Assembly (NCBI GenBank): GCA_963724765.1
Contig: CAVRVY010000001.1
Span: 672,001-736,000, forward strand
Source of the DNA: an uncultured delta proteobacterium
Lineage (GTDB): Bacteria > Desulfobacterota > Binatia > Binatales > Binataceae
Length of the DNA: 64,000 nucleotides
Reading direction: 5' to 3'
A model generated the notes under the pieces. That model made no database searches, was not told the origin of the DNA, and saw only the letters and a list, made by a program, of their open reading frames with translations. The translations under genes and the position numbers were made by a program. Shown one piece after another: positions 37,748 to 47,603 of this stretch (position 1 is its first letter; the number at the start of each line of letters is the position of its first letter).

Positions 37748-39430
37748 ATGTTCCGGCGGACGAGAGAGCCGGCTGCTGGCGCGCCGGTGCGAGGGCGTCG
37801 CCGCTGGCAGCGAGCGCAAAAGGGCGCCCTGCTCGGCGCTCTTTTGTGTGGGATGGCGTGTGCGATTATTCCCGCGGCGCGCGCCGCCGATGATCCCGGG
37901 GGCGCCTCTGCCGCACTCAGCAACCAGGCCTTCGCGCTGCTGAACTCGCTGAATGCGCCGGACGCCGACGGTAACGCGAACCCGGGCGCCAAGGCGCTTT
38001 TGGGACCGGTCGCGAGCTTCGCCGGTGATGCGCAGACGCTCAGCCAGGCGCTTGGCGCCGGTGACAATGCCGGCGCGCGGCGCGCCACGGCCTCGCTTGA
38101 CGCCGACGCCGCGTCGGTTGACGCTGCGCTGAAAACGCATGGCGGGGCGATTAAGGCGGATCGATGGGACGCGCTCAAGCAACAGCTCGCCGCGATCGAA
38201 AAGAGCGTTCCACCTGCGCCTGCATCCGCCGCGCCTGCATCTGCCGCGCCGCCCGCATCAGGCGAGCCCGCAAACGCGAGCGCGGCGGCCGCTCCAGGAG
38301 CGGCTCCGGTACCGGCGCCGGCAGCGGACAGCGCCGCGGCGCCGAGCGCGCCCGCGCCTGGGGCTGCGGATAGCGGCGGACCCACGATCAAGATTGAGTC
38401 GCGCAGCGTGGTCGGCGACGTTACATATCTGAAGGGATACTTCGAAGGTTCCGCGCTCCAGTCGGCCGGCATCTACGAAGGCGCGCAGAGCGTCAAGCCG
38501 ATCAAGGTGGACGACGTGATCGGGCGCCAGAAGGTTGAATTCCAACTTTCGCTGCGCGACGCCGATATTGCGACCAACCTTCGCGTCATCGACCAGGCCG
38601 GGCGCGTAGCGACGGCCTCCGTCTTCGCTGAGGACTCGACGGCGATGGCAAGCACTGGCACGGAATCGGGAGTCGAGGTCGACCGCGGCGCCGGCTCAAC
38701 CTCCGGCAGCAACACCGCCGAGATTCCGAGCGCGAGCGCGTCATCTCCTGGCATGGGTGAGGGTGGACCGGAGGAGTCGGCGCCGGGCGCGGATGAAGGC
38801 CTGGGCAGCGCCGGCATAGGCGGCGGACTCGTTGGCGGCGGGCTGGGCGGAGGAATCGGCGCTCCGATCGGTAACGTCCAGATCAACATCGAGGCGGTAA
38901 ACCCGGTGAACCCGCTCTCGCACGTCTACCAGGTGGTCGGTCAGATAATCGGACACGGCGTGCATGCCGCGGGAATCTATGTCGACGGCCGGCTGGTCAA
39001 GCGACTACCCGTCAGCCGCGGCGCCAACGTGAGTAACTTCCACACGACCTTCATGATGAACGGCGGCACGGCGACGATTCGCGCGTTTAGCGAGGGCAAT
39101 CAGTACGTCGAGACGTCGATCGCGATGCCGCCGGCGGTGGCGTCGGCGCCGCCGATCGTGGTCGCGCCCTATGGGATGAACCCCTACAGCCCGTACCCGA
39201 TGGATCCTTACGGAGGTCTTTACGGCAGTCCTTATGGCGTCCCGTATGGAACTCCTTACGGCGCGAGCCCTTCCTACGGCTACAACATCAGCCCCTACGG
39301 AATCACGCGCTACCCGATCAGTCCGTACGGCGCGAGTCCGTATGGTGCGGTTCCGTTCGGCGTCAACCCGTATGTCACGCCGATCAATCCCTACCGCAAC
39401 GCGCTGCCGATGGTCCCCTTGGGCCGCTAA
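37748..39430 (+). CDS. Secreted hypothetical protein with low-complexity linkers and a Pro-Tyr-Gly repeat tail
   Basis: Signal ending 'AARA', helical domain, two similar beta domains ('AGIYEG', 'AGIYVDG') and a PYG-rich C-terminus. Confidence 0.8.
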   Translation: MFRRTREPAAGAPVRGRRRWQRAQKGALLGALLCGMACAIIPAARAADDPGGASAALSNQAFALLNSLNAPDADGNANPGAKALLGPVASFAGDAQTLSQALGAGDNAGARRATASLDADAASVDAALKTHGGAIKADRWDALKQQLAAIEKSVPPAPASAAPASAAPPASGEPANASAAAAPGAAPVPAPAADSAAAPSAPAPGAADSGGPTIKIESRSVVGDVTYLKGYFEGSALQSAGIYEGAQSVKPIKVDDVIGRQKVEFQLSLRDADIATNLRVIDQAGRVATASVFAEDSTAMASTGTESGVEVDRGAGSTSGSNTAEIPSASASSPGMGEGGPEESAPGADEGLGSAGIGGGLVGGGLGGGIGAPIGNVQINIEAVNPVNPLSHVYQVVGQIIGHGVHAAGIYVDGRLVKRLPVSRGANVSNFHTTFMMNGGTATIRAFSEGNQYVETSIAMPPAVASAPPIVVAPYGMNPYSPYPMDPYGGLYGSPYGVPYGTPYGASPSYGYNISPYGITRYPISPYGASPYGAVPFGVNPYVTPINPYRNALPMVPLGR

Positions 39431-39809
39431 CGTCGGGCCAATTCGAATGTCACGGAGGAACAAGAACAAGCGGCTTGCGGAAGGTGGCGACAAACTTCCA
39501 GCGCCGCTGCATGTGGCCTCGAGCATACCGTGGTATCAGTCACCATCAACCTCGGCGACAGACGCTCTGTTCAAAATCTTAAGGCGCTTGTTCGGCCGAC
39601 GGCGCAAACCACTTTTCGAAGACTGCCCGCTTGAGTGACTTATATCACCACGAAACCGCCGAACTCGACCGAATTCCCGTTCATCGAAAGTCCTCTGCGG
39701 CCTGAGCGCGTAACACCCCCTTACTTGCCGCGCCCTCTCCGAGTCCGTTAGAGTTAAAAGTTCAACCGAGAATTTCCAAGCCAACCGATACTTCGCGAGT
39801 GCACCGACG

Positions 39810-40373
39810 ATGCTGATTCAGGCGACGCAATTACGCCCCGGGATGATCCTGGAGTACAACAACGGGCTGTGGCGGGTGATGGCGATAAGCCATATCACGC
39901 CCGGCAACTGGCGCGGGATGGTCCAGACCAAACTGCGCAACGTCAAGACCGGCACCCAGACCGAAAACCGCTTCCGCTCTGAAGATCGCGTCGAGCGCAT
40001 CATCCTGAGCCAGATCGAGATGGAATTCCTCTACCAGGAAGGCGACGACTTCCATTTCATGAACACCGAGACCTACGACCAGATCACGATTCCCAAGGAA
40101 CTGATCGAGGACGTGGTCGGGTTTCTCACACCCAATCTTAAAGTGGAAGTTGAATTTCACGAAACCACGCCGCTCAACGTCTCACTGCCCAAGACGGTCA
40201 ATCTCAAGGTCGTGCAGACGGACCCCGGGATGAGATCCGCGGCGGTTACCAACACGCTCAAGCCGGCCACGATGGAGACCGGACTGACGGTGCAGGTGCC
40301 GCACTTCGTCCAGGAAGGGGAGACAATCACGATCAACACCGAGACGCGCGAGTACATGGCGCGCGCCAAGTAG
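39810..40373 (+). CDS. efp: Elongation factor P (PGNWRG loop variant)
   Basis: 'QLRPGM', 'VQTKLRN', 'FMNTETYDQ', 'KPATMETGL.VQVP.F', 'Y..R'. Confidence 0.96.
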   Translation: MLIQATQLRPGMILEYNNGLWRVMAISHITPGNWRGMVQTKLRNVKTGTQTENRFRSEDRVERIILSQIEMEFLYQEGDDFHFMNTETYDQITIPKELIEDVVGFLTPNLKVEVEFHETTPLNVSLPKTVNLKVVQTDPGMRSAAVTNTLKPATMETGLTVQVPHFVQEGETITINTETREYMARAK

Positions 40374-41990
40374 GTGCGCCGCATGCCCCGCCCCGGCCGG
40401 GGCGCCAATTCTCCGCCGCCGAACGATTCGAGAGCCGCAGGCGAGCGCCGAGTCCGGCGCGATTGGCCTACAGGCCCCGAGCGCTCGGCTAAGCCTTTCC
40501 AGTCCGCTAAGCCGTTCCAGTCCGGCAAGCCCGTCAGGTTCGATAAATCGGCCAGGTTCGATAACCTCACCAAATCTGGCAGGTTCGAGAAGCCTTATTT
40601 CGCCAAGTCCGATAAGCCTGGCAAGCCCGACAGGTCCGACAGATTCGACAAGCCGGCCAAGTCCGCCAATTTTGCCAAGCCCGATCAGGGCGACAAGCCG
40701 GTCAGACGCGACAAGCCAGTCAGACGCGAAAAAAGGCCGGTCAGGTTCGACCGGCGCGACAAGCCGGCCAATTTCGTCAAGTCCGCTAAATTCGTCAAGT
40801 CTGCCAAATTCGCCAAATTTGGCCAGCCCGACAGCTTCACCGAGCGCGCCGCCGTAGCGCCAACCGGCCCCGCGCTGCGGCTTACCCCGAACATCTATAT
40901 CGCCCACACGCAGCCCGGTTTCGAGGGCGTCGCCGCCGAAGAGATCGCCGCGCGCTACGCGGCGGCCTCAGGCGGACGTGGCGGCGGCGGTCCCGCGATG
41001 CGCGAGTTGGGGCGGCGGACGGTGCCCGAGCGCGCCGGGATGACAATCTTCAGCGCGCCGCGCCCCGACACGCTGAGCGCAGCGCGCACGATCGAGGATT
41101 TGTTCGCGCTCGTTGGCTATCGCGACGCTCTGGGCACGGCGCCCGCGACGCTGGAGAAAGTTCGCACGGTCGCGCACGAGGCGCCCTACGTCGAAGAGGC
41201 GCTGGAGGCGCGGGTGCGGATGACTCCCGGCAGCCGCGCCGGGCGCAAGCTGGGTTTTCGCGTGATCGCGCGCATCGCGGGCGAGCATGAGTTTCGCCGG
41301 CTCGACTTCCAGCGCGCCGTCGAACGCGGCATCGCCGATCGCGGCGATCGTTCATGGCGCATCGCGGGCGACGACGCCGACGTCGAGTTCTGGGCGACGC
41401 TGCTCGGCGGCGAGATGTTCCTCGCTCTGCGGCTGGTCGACGAGCGGATGCGCCATCGCGAGTACAAAGTCGCGCATCGGCCCGGCTCGCTGCGCGCCTC
41501 GGTCGCCGCCGCAATGGGGTGGCTGAGCCAACCGGGCGTGGATGACCGCGTGGTCGATCCGATGTGCGGCGCGGGGACGATCCTGATCGAGCGCGCGCAC
41601 CTGGGGCGCTATGCGATGCTGGCCGGATTCGACCGCGACTCGGATGCGATCGCGGCGGCGCACGAAAATATCGGTCCGCGCTATCGGCCGATCGGCCTTG
41701 CGCAGGGCGACGCGTTGCGCCTGCCGCTCGGCAATAACGCGGCGACCCATCTCGTCACCAATCTGCCGTGGGGAACGAAATACGGCTCGCACGGGGAAAA
41801 CCGCCGCCTCTATCCGCGTCTGGTCGAGGAGTTCGCGCGCGTGGTGCGCCCGGGCGGACGGCTGGTGATGCTGACGGCGGAGCGGATGTTGATGCGCGAG
41901 GTCGCTAACCGCGGCTTCGTGCGGGTCGAGTCGGTCAGGCGGGTGACGATCCTCGGCGCCCCAGCGGTCATTTATCTCTGCCGTGCGTAA
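40374..41990 (+). CDS. THUMP + SAM-dependent RNA methyltransferase (Trm14/TrmN/RlmL-like) with a basic repeat N-terminus
   Basis: 'R.Y....PGSLR..VAAAM', 'DPMCGAGT', 'TNLPWG'. GTG directly follows the efp stop; alternative start ATG 40383. Confidence 0.85.
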   Translation: MRRMPRPGRGANSPPPNDSRAAGERRVRRDWPTGPERSAKPFQSAKPFQSGKPVRFDKSARFDNLTKSGRFEKPYFAKSDKPGKPDRSDRFDKPAKSANFAKPDQGDKPVRRDKPVRREKRPVRFDRRDKPANFVKSAKFVKSAKFAKFGQPDSFTERAAVAPTGPALRLTPNIYIAHTQPGFEGVAAEEIAARYAAASGGRGGGGPAMRELGRRTVPERAGMTIFSAPRPDTLSAARTIEDLFALVGYRDALGTAPATLEKVRTVAHEAPYVEEALEARVRMTPGSRAGRKLGFRVIARIAGEHEFRRLDFQRAVERGIADRGDRSWRIAGDDADVEFWATLLGGEMFLALRLVDERMRHREYKVAHRPGSLRASVAAAMGWLSQPGVDDRVVDPMCGAGTILIERAHLGRYAMLAGFDRDSDAIAAAHENIGPRYRPIGLAQGDALRLPLGNNAATHLVTNLPWGTKYGSHGENRRLYPRLVEEFARVVRPGGRLVMLTAERMLMREVANRGFVRVESVRRVTILGAPAVIYLCRA

Positions 41991-42011
41991 CCATCGCCCA
42001 CGCCGTCACTG

Positions 42012-42796
42012 CTAACGCATCGGCTTGGCCAGCGCGTAAGTCACTCCCGTGTGGCTGAACCAGATTTGTCCGTCCTGGCGGCGCACTTTGAGCCCCGAAC
42101 GATCGGCCGCGAGCGACGCTCCATCATCTCGATGATCTGCGCGCGGCGCTCGGGCGGCGGCCCGCCATGCGCCATCCACGATTCCAGTTCGTAGCTGGTC
42201 TCGCGTCCGCCACGATACGCAATCTCCAACCCCGTCTCGGCGATCATCCGTTCCCACTCGGAGACCGGGATCGCGCGGGCATGCGAGGGATCGCACAGCC
42301 GCTCGACGCGATTGTGATAATCCGACTTCGCCGGATCCTCGGAGGTCGTCTGGTCGACGATCACCATTCGCGCGCCCGGCTTCAGCACGCGCGCCATCTC
42401 CGCCAACACCTCGCGCGGATGGGCGAAATGATGGAACGCGAAGCGGCAGGTGGCGAGGTCGAACTCGCCGGTCCGAAACGGCATCCGCTCGACATTGCCG
42501 AGCGCGAAGGTGACGTTGGAGATTCCGCGGCGCCTCGTCTCGGCGCGTGCGCGCACGACCAGGGTGTCGGTGGCGTCGATCCCGAGCACGCTTTGGCACT
42601 TGGGCGCGAACGCCATCGCGACGAACCCCGGCCCGCACGCCACGTCGAGCACGCGCGAGTCCGGCCGCACCTCCGAAATCTCCACCATGTTGTCGAGGAT
42701 GCGCGGGTCGGTGACGACCTTCATGGTCGAGTACGCCTCGGCCTGGCGGCGGAACTGCTGTTGCACCAAGGTCAGATTGTCAGCTTGATTTTTCAT
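42012..42796 (-). pseudogene. Class I SAM methyltransferase (type 11) with a 1-nt frameshift near 42119
   Basis: 'VLDVACGPG' and 'CRFAFHH'. The paralog-like C-terminus '...SGLKVRRQDGQIWFSHTGVTY' is in a different frame. Confidence 0.75.
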
Positions 42797-42806
42797 TCGT
42801 GGGTTC

Positions 42807-43610
42807 TCATTCAGTTCGTTCGAGGACGAAGCTCACGCCGGTGTGCATCAGGCGGATAGTGCCGGCGTCGCGCTGGAGTTCAAGCCCCGGCAAATCTTCA
42901 TCAACCGCGTTTTCAAGTATCGCACGGATGGCCGCGAGGTTTTCCGGCGGCGCGGGTCCGAAGCTTGTCCATTCCTCGACCGTGCTGACCGACTTGCGCG
43001 CGATCTTCATCGCGACCGTGAAACCCCCGGCGGCGAAAATCCGCTCGAATTCCGAGGCCGTGAGCGTTCGCACATGGGTCGGATCGCATAGCCGCTCCAG
43101 TTCGTTGTGCAGCGCGGCCTTGGCGGGATTCTCCGAGGCCGTCACGTCGACGATCACCATCCATCCCCGTGGCCCGACCACCCGCGCCATCTCGGCGAAG
43201 ACGCGCGCGGGATTGGTGAAGTGATGAAACGAGAAGCGGCACACGACCGCGTCGAAGGAGCCGTCGCGAAACGCCATCCGCTCGACTTCGCCCACCATGA
43301 ATGCCGCGTTGCCGGCACCGCGGCGCGCCGCCGCCTCCCGCGCCTGCGCGACCAGTTCGGGCGAGGGGTCGAGGCCAACCGCGCGGCGGCATCGCTCGGC
43401 AAACGCGAGCGTGCACGCGCCCGGGCCGCAGGCGACGTCGAGCACGCGGTCCTCGCGCGCAACGCCCGAGATCGAGACCATGTAGTGGAGAAACTTGACG
43501 TCGGCGCTGGAGGACATCAGCGCCGACATCCGCGCGAACGATTCGGGGTTGCGGCGGAACTGCTCGGATACGGACCGCAACGTTTCGCCCGGCTGCGCGG
43601 CGTCGCTCAT
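42807..43610 (-). CDS. Class I SAM methyltransferase (type 11), tandem paralog
   Basis: 'VLDVACGPG', 'FD.VVCRFSFHH', 'ERLCDPTH'. Confidence 0.9.
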   Translation of the reverse strand: MSDAAQPGETLRSVSEQFRRNPESFARMSALMSSSADVKFLHYMVSISGVAREDRVLDVACGPGACTLAFAERCRRAVGLDPSPELVAQAREAAARRGAGNAAFMVGEVERMAFRDGSFDAVVCRFSFHHFTNPARVFAEMARVVGPRGWMVIVDVTASENPAKAALHNELERLCDPTHVRTLTASEFERIFAAGGFTVAMKIARKSVSTVEEWTSFGPAPPENLAAIRAILENAVDEDLPGLELQRDAGTIRLMHTGVSFVLERTE

Positions 43611-43832
43611 CGGCGCTCCGTTTCGAGCGGTTGATAGGGCGCGCGAGGTCCCTCCCTGGTCCATAACGCGATGTTAGCGCCGGCGGCGTCCCAATGACCA
43701 GCCGTGCGCGCGTGGCCATCGCAGACCCCGGCAACCCTTGCAGGACGCGCTCGAACGCCGCACAATCGGCGCGTATCAGGCGCGGTGGGGCGCTTGACGA
43801 ATTCACGTTGCATGCGAAGGGAGTCCGACCCG

Positions 43833-44660
43833 ATGACCCAGATGACACAGTGGAAAACCGAACTCGTCCCGCCCGCACCCAGGATCGCAGTCGATCACAT
43901 GGGCGAGGGCAAGCTGGTCATCTGCATGCACGGGATCGGCGGCAATCGCACCAACTGGCACGACCAGCTTCCCGAGTTAGGCCGTCATTTCCATGCCGCG
44001 TCGTGGGACGCGCGCGGCTATGGGATGAGCGACGATTACGAAGGGCCGCTCGACTTCCACGACTTCGCCCGCGACCTCGTGCGAGTGTTCGATCATTTCG
44101 GCGCGCGCAAAGCGCATCTGGTCGGCCTCTCGATGGGCGGCCTCATTGCGATGAATTTCCATGCGCTCTTTCCCGAGCGCGTGGCGACCCTGACCCTTTG
44201 CGATACGCTGCCCGGCTTTAGCCATCTCAGCCCCGAACAGGCCCGCGAGTTCATCCGGCTGCGCCTGGAGCCGTTGCGTGCGGGCAAAGAGCTGAAAGAC
44301 ATCGCAGAGGGCGTTGCGCAGTCGCTAGTCAGCAAGTCCTCGCCGCGCACGGCATTTCAGCGCATGGTCGAGAGCATGTGCGCGTTGCACAAGACCTCCT
44401 ACATGAAGACCATCGAGGGCAGCGCCAGGCCGGACGTGCAGATCGAGCTCGAGAAGATTCGCGTTCCGGCGCACGTGGTGGTGGGCGAGGAGGACCTGCT
44501 CACGCCGCCGTCGTTGGCGCGCTCGATCGCCGAGCGGATCGCGGATGCGCGGCTGACGATCATCAAAAGCGCGGGCCATCTGCCGAACATCGAGCGGCCG
44601 CGCGAGTTCAATGATGCGGTGCTGTCGTTTTTGCTGGAGCATCGCGACGCCGCGGTATGA
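43833..44660 (+). CDS. Alpha/beta hydrolase (PcaD/MhpC-like)
   Basis: 'HGIGG', 'DARGYG', nucleophile 'GLSMGG', 'GEED', 'GHLPNIE'. Confidence 0.92.
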   Translation: MTQMTQWKTELVPPAPRIAVDHMGEGKLVICMHGIGGNRTNWHDQLPELGRHFHAASWDARGYGMSDDYEGPLDFHDFARDLVRVFDHFGARKAHLVGLSMGGLIAMNFHALFPERVATLTLCDTLPGFSHLSPEQAREFIRLRLEPLRAGKELKDIAEGVAQSLVSKSSPRTAFQRMVESMCALHKTSYMKTIEGSARPDVQIELEKIRVPAHVVVGEEDLLTPPSLARSIAERIADARLTIIKSAGHLPNIERPREFNDAVLSFLLEHRDAAV

Positions 44661-44785
44661 GCTGGCATAAGGCGGGCTAGGCGGCGGCGCTATGTCGGAA
44701 GGAACCTCGCTGATTTCTCTTCCGGCATACGCCTCCCGCTAAGCCAGAGTGCGGCGATGCCGCACCCTGGCACCCGATTCCTCCG

Positions 44786-46558
44786 TCACGGAGACGGGGT
44801 TGGGCTTGGAACGGGACCGAAGGTAACGGTCATATTGACCTGGCTTCCGCTTGTGCAATCAAGTCCGCCTGAGTGGTCGTCGTACTGAAATGCGTACTCA
44901 TGAGGGCAGGCCGCGGAGAACGTCTCGTACCACGGGGTGGTGCCACCGCCTGCCTGAGTCGTCGCGGTAAGCCACGCCGGGTTAATCGGGCATCCCTCGC
45001 CCGTGTATAGCGGTGTTTGCCCGCTCGGCTGCTCCAGGGTGCCGAGGGCGGTTATAGGAGGATTGTACTGCGGCACGCATACATACTGAGTGCCGTGGTA
45101 TGTCGCGGTCGTACAAACGTAACCGAGGGCATCCGTGGGATATCCGGCGAGGTAATTGCCACAGGGCTTGCCGACATCGCCTGCGCCGCTGCAACCCGCT
45201 TGCGGCGCGAAATAAAGGCCCCCGATTGGGGGATCCCATGCGCATATTCCGAGGCCACCGGGAAAGCCCGCAATCGCGCCCGTCACACAAGTCTCAACGT
45301 TCGGCGCGCAATCCTCAGGACCCCAGCAGGTTGGTGTAGCCTGACCGCAGGAGGACATGGAATTACCGTCAGGGCCCTTGGCCGTGTACATGTTTTGGTA
45401 AGTGGGCGTAGGCGTGGCATTGGGACCAGGAGGCCCAACGAAGCTGTCGCACATGAGGCCCGCGGGGGGCGTAGTCTGCGCACACTGGTCGCCGGGATCG
45501 TTGCACCCGATTACGCACGTGCCGCTGTCGCAGAATCCGCTCTGGCAGTACTTGCCGCTGCCGCAGGGGATTGTGCTCACCGTCGTTGTGGGAGCTTGGG
45601 TGACGCGAAGATCTGCCGGACAGGTCGCGTTCAGATCGCTCACGCATGACGGCACATAGCAATTCGCGCCCGGCGATGCGGCTGCTGAGGGTGCGACCTG
45701 TATCTGGGTGTTGTATCCAGAAACCAAACTCGCGTCGTAATTGACATTATTTGTGCCATTTGAGGTGGGCTCGAAGAGCGATGCGGGCGCGGCGCCCGAC
45801 TGCTTCGAAATGACTGACGTGCCGCTGTCATCCCACACACCCGTACACTGGTACAATCCTGAGCAATCGCCGGTCTTGCAGACTGTGCCTGCGGAAAAGC
45901 TGCAGACGCTTACACCAAGGGCCTCGTAACAAGTCGCGTTCGTATTGTTAAGGCCGGTTTTTCCCTGGCAGTATGGCGTTCCGCCAGTGCTGCAGTCGAG
46001 CAGACATCTTCCGCCGACGCAAATACTCCCCGCGTCGCAGTCGGCGGTGGCGGTGCAGGATTTGAAATGAGACCCCTCATTGGAGAATAGGCCGAAGTCG
46101 CACTCTGTGCGTGCCCAGAAGCGTCCGCTCCAGAGCGACGGCATGCACAAAGCAACGGACTTGTCAGGAGCTATCCGCCAATCATTGCCGGGTGGTGCGA
46201 TCGTGTTAGACGCGAGGTCGCCGGTCCCTTGGTATTCCTCGGCCAGCCAGACCGGGTACGGATTGTTGTTCACGAAGGTGTACTCATTACCCGAATCACA
46301 GGCGATGGGTGTCGGACTCGGCGTGGGACTGGCGGTCGATGTCGGAGTGCCTGTCGGACCCGGCGTGATAGTGGCGGTCGATGTCGGAGCGACCGTCGGC
46401 GCCGGGGTGACCGTCGGCGCCGGCGTGACAGTGGCGGTTGCAGTGTGCCTGACGGGCGTCGAATTGCTATCGCTCGAGCACGCCGTGAGAACCGCAACCA
46501 TCGTCACGAGAACGCAGGCTAAAACAAGTTGCCCTGGACAACTCCTGAACCTGGTCAT
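44786..46558 (-). CDS. Thaumatin/PR-5-like Cys-rich lipoprotein
   Basis: Lipobox 'LTAC', Thr/Pro linker, then 'F.NN.PYPVW', 'WSGRFWARTEC', 'C.TGDC.G..QC', 'YDASLVSGYN', 'DLNATCP..L', 'F..ACP.EY.F.YDD'. Confidence 0.85.
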   Translation of the reverse strand: MTRFRSCPGQLVLACVLVTMVAVLTACSSDSNSTPVRHTATATVTPAPTVTPAPTVAPTSTATITPGPTGTPTSTASPTPSPTPIACDSGNEYTFVNNNPYPVWLAEEYQGTGDLASNTIAPPGNDWRIAPDKSVALCMPSLWSGRFWARTECDFGLFSNEGSHFKSCTATADCDAGSICVGGRCLLDCSTGGTPYCQGKTGLNNTNATCYEALGVSVCSFSAGTVCKTGDCSGLYQCTGVWDDSGTSVISKQSGAAPASLFEPTSNGTNNVNYDASLVSGYNTQIQVAPSAAASPGANCYVPSCVSDLNATCPADLRVTQAPTTTVSTIPCGSGKYCQSGFCDSGTCVIGCNDPGDQCAQTTPPAGLMCDSFVGPPGPNATPTPTYQNMYTAKGPDGNSMSSCGQATPTCWGPEDCAPNVETCVTGAIAGFPGGLGICAWDPPIGGLYFAPQAGCSGAGDVGKPCGNYLAGYPTDALGYVCTTATYHGTQYVCVPQYNPPITALGTLEQPSGQTPLYTGEGCPINPAWLTATTQAGGGTTPWYETFSAACPHEYAFQYDDHSGGLDCTSGSQVNMTVTFGPVPSPTPSP

Positions 46559-47122
46559 GAAGCCCCCCGCTTGAGAGTAACTGGGAAAGTTAGATCGGCA
46601 TTTCCGGCCGCCGCCGGGAAAGCCGCTCCGTGTCGTTCACATTTCGCGCAGCCAGCCAGGAAGGCTGAAGACCGACTGTCGAACGAGTTCGGTCAACAGC
46701 GATTGGGGGTGCTGTCCATCACCGCGCACAAGGTGGCGAGTCGATGCATTGGCCGAATCCCAGAGGTTCGCCACACGCCCGCGGCGAATCGCCGCCGGAC
46801 GTAACGAGCGCCCTGGAATCAACTCATGGCCAGTTATTGAATGAGAGACGAGAGAAATATTCCTGCCGTCTGCCACCGCCGCGCCCCCCAAGAGCCTCCT
46901 AACGCATGCAAATCGTCGCAATTAGGAGTCTTACGCCGAAACAACTTATAACTTTAGAATCTATTATGCAATCAGACCTCTATTCTTTATATTCGGCTCC
47001 GATAAGCGGTTTTATGAGAAATTGAGCACCGATTAGCAGTTTTAAACTATGAAAATGAAATCCGCATGGCACAGTCATGCGTACTGTTTCCTGATGGTAG
47101 ACGCGGGGCGGGCGGGAGGCGT

Positions 47123-47512
47123 TCAGCCGAGCGCGCGCAGGCGGAGATCGCGCGCCTGGCTGCGATACGGCTCGGGCAGCGGAACTTCGGTCGCGTCGAG
47201 CCAGTTGCGCTCCAGGCGGTAGAACTCACGCGTTTCTTCGAAGAAGATGTGCACCACGACGTCGTTGAAGTCGAGCACCGCCCAGTGGCCGTGGCCGGTG
47301 CCCTCGATCGACAGCGCACGCTCGCCCTCGAGGTCCATGCGTTCCTCGATACCGCGGGCGATCGCGCGCACCTGCACGTCGGAGCGGCCGGTCGCGATCA
47401 GGAAATAGTCCGCGATCGAGCTCAGGTGCCCGACCTGAAGCACGACCAGGTCGTAGGCCTTTTTCTCGAGCGCCGCCTGTGCGGCGGCAATGGCCTTCTC
47501 TCGCGAATTCAC
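47123..47512 (-). CDS. rsfS: Ribosome silencing factor
   Basis: 'EKKA.D', 'ADYFLIATG.S..QVRAI', 'W..LDF.DVVVHIF...R.FY.LE..W'. Confidence 0.95.
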   Translation of the reverse strand: MNSREKAIAAAQAALEKKAYDLVVLQVGHLSSIADYFLIATGRSDVQVRAIARGIEERMDLEGERALSIEGTGHGHWAVLDFNDVVVHIFFEETREFYRLERNWLDATEVPLPEPYRSQARDLRLRALG

Positions 47513-47603
47513 GCGGGACGCGGCGATAAACGGAGCCGCCGATCGACGGCAGACATGGAACAAATCGCTTTGTGGGATCCTGCTGCTGAAATCACTGGCG
47601 CCG

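Noticed and set aside
39447-39638. 63-aa ORF MSRRNKNK...CPLE upstream of efp
   Set aside because: No clear RBS, atypical codon usage and no recognisable motif. It cannot be supported without homologs.
44663-44678. TGGCATAAGGCGGGC sigma54-like element
   Set aside because: GG-N10-GC spacing is present but it lacks TTGC and points into a convergent gene end. Similar elements near 47087 and 12200 have the wrong spacing.
46560-47120. Long, partly AT-rich intergenic region as a possible ncRNA or IS remnant
   Set aside because: No terminal inverted repeats, transposase fragment or recognisable RNA motif. Most simply the promoter region of the thaumatin-like gene.
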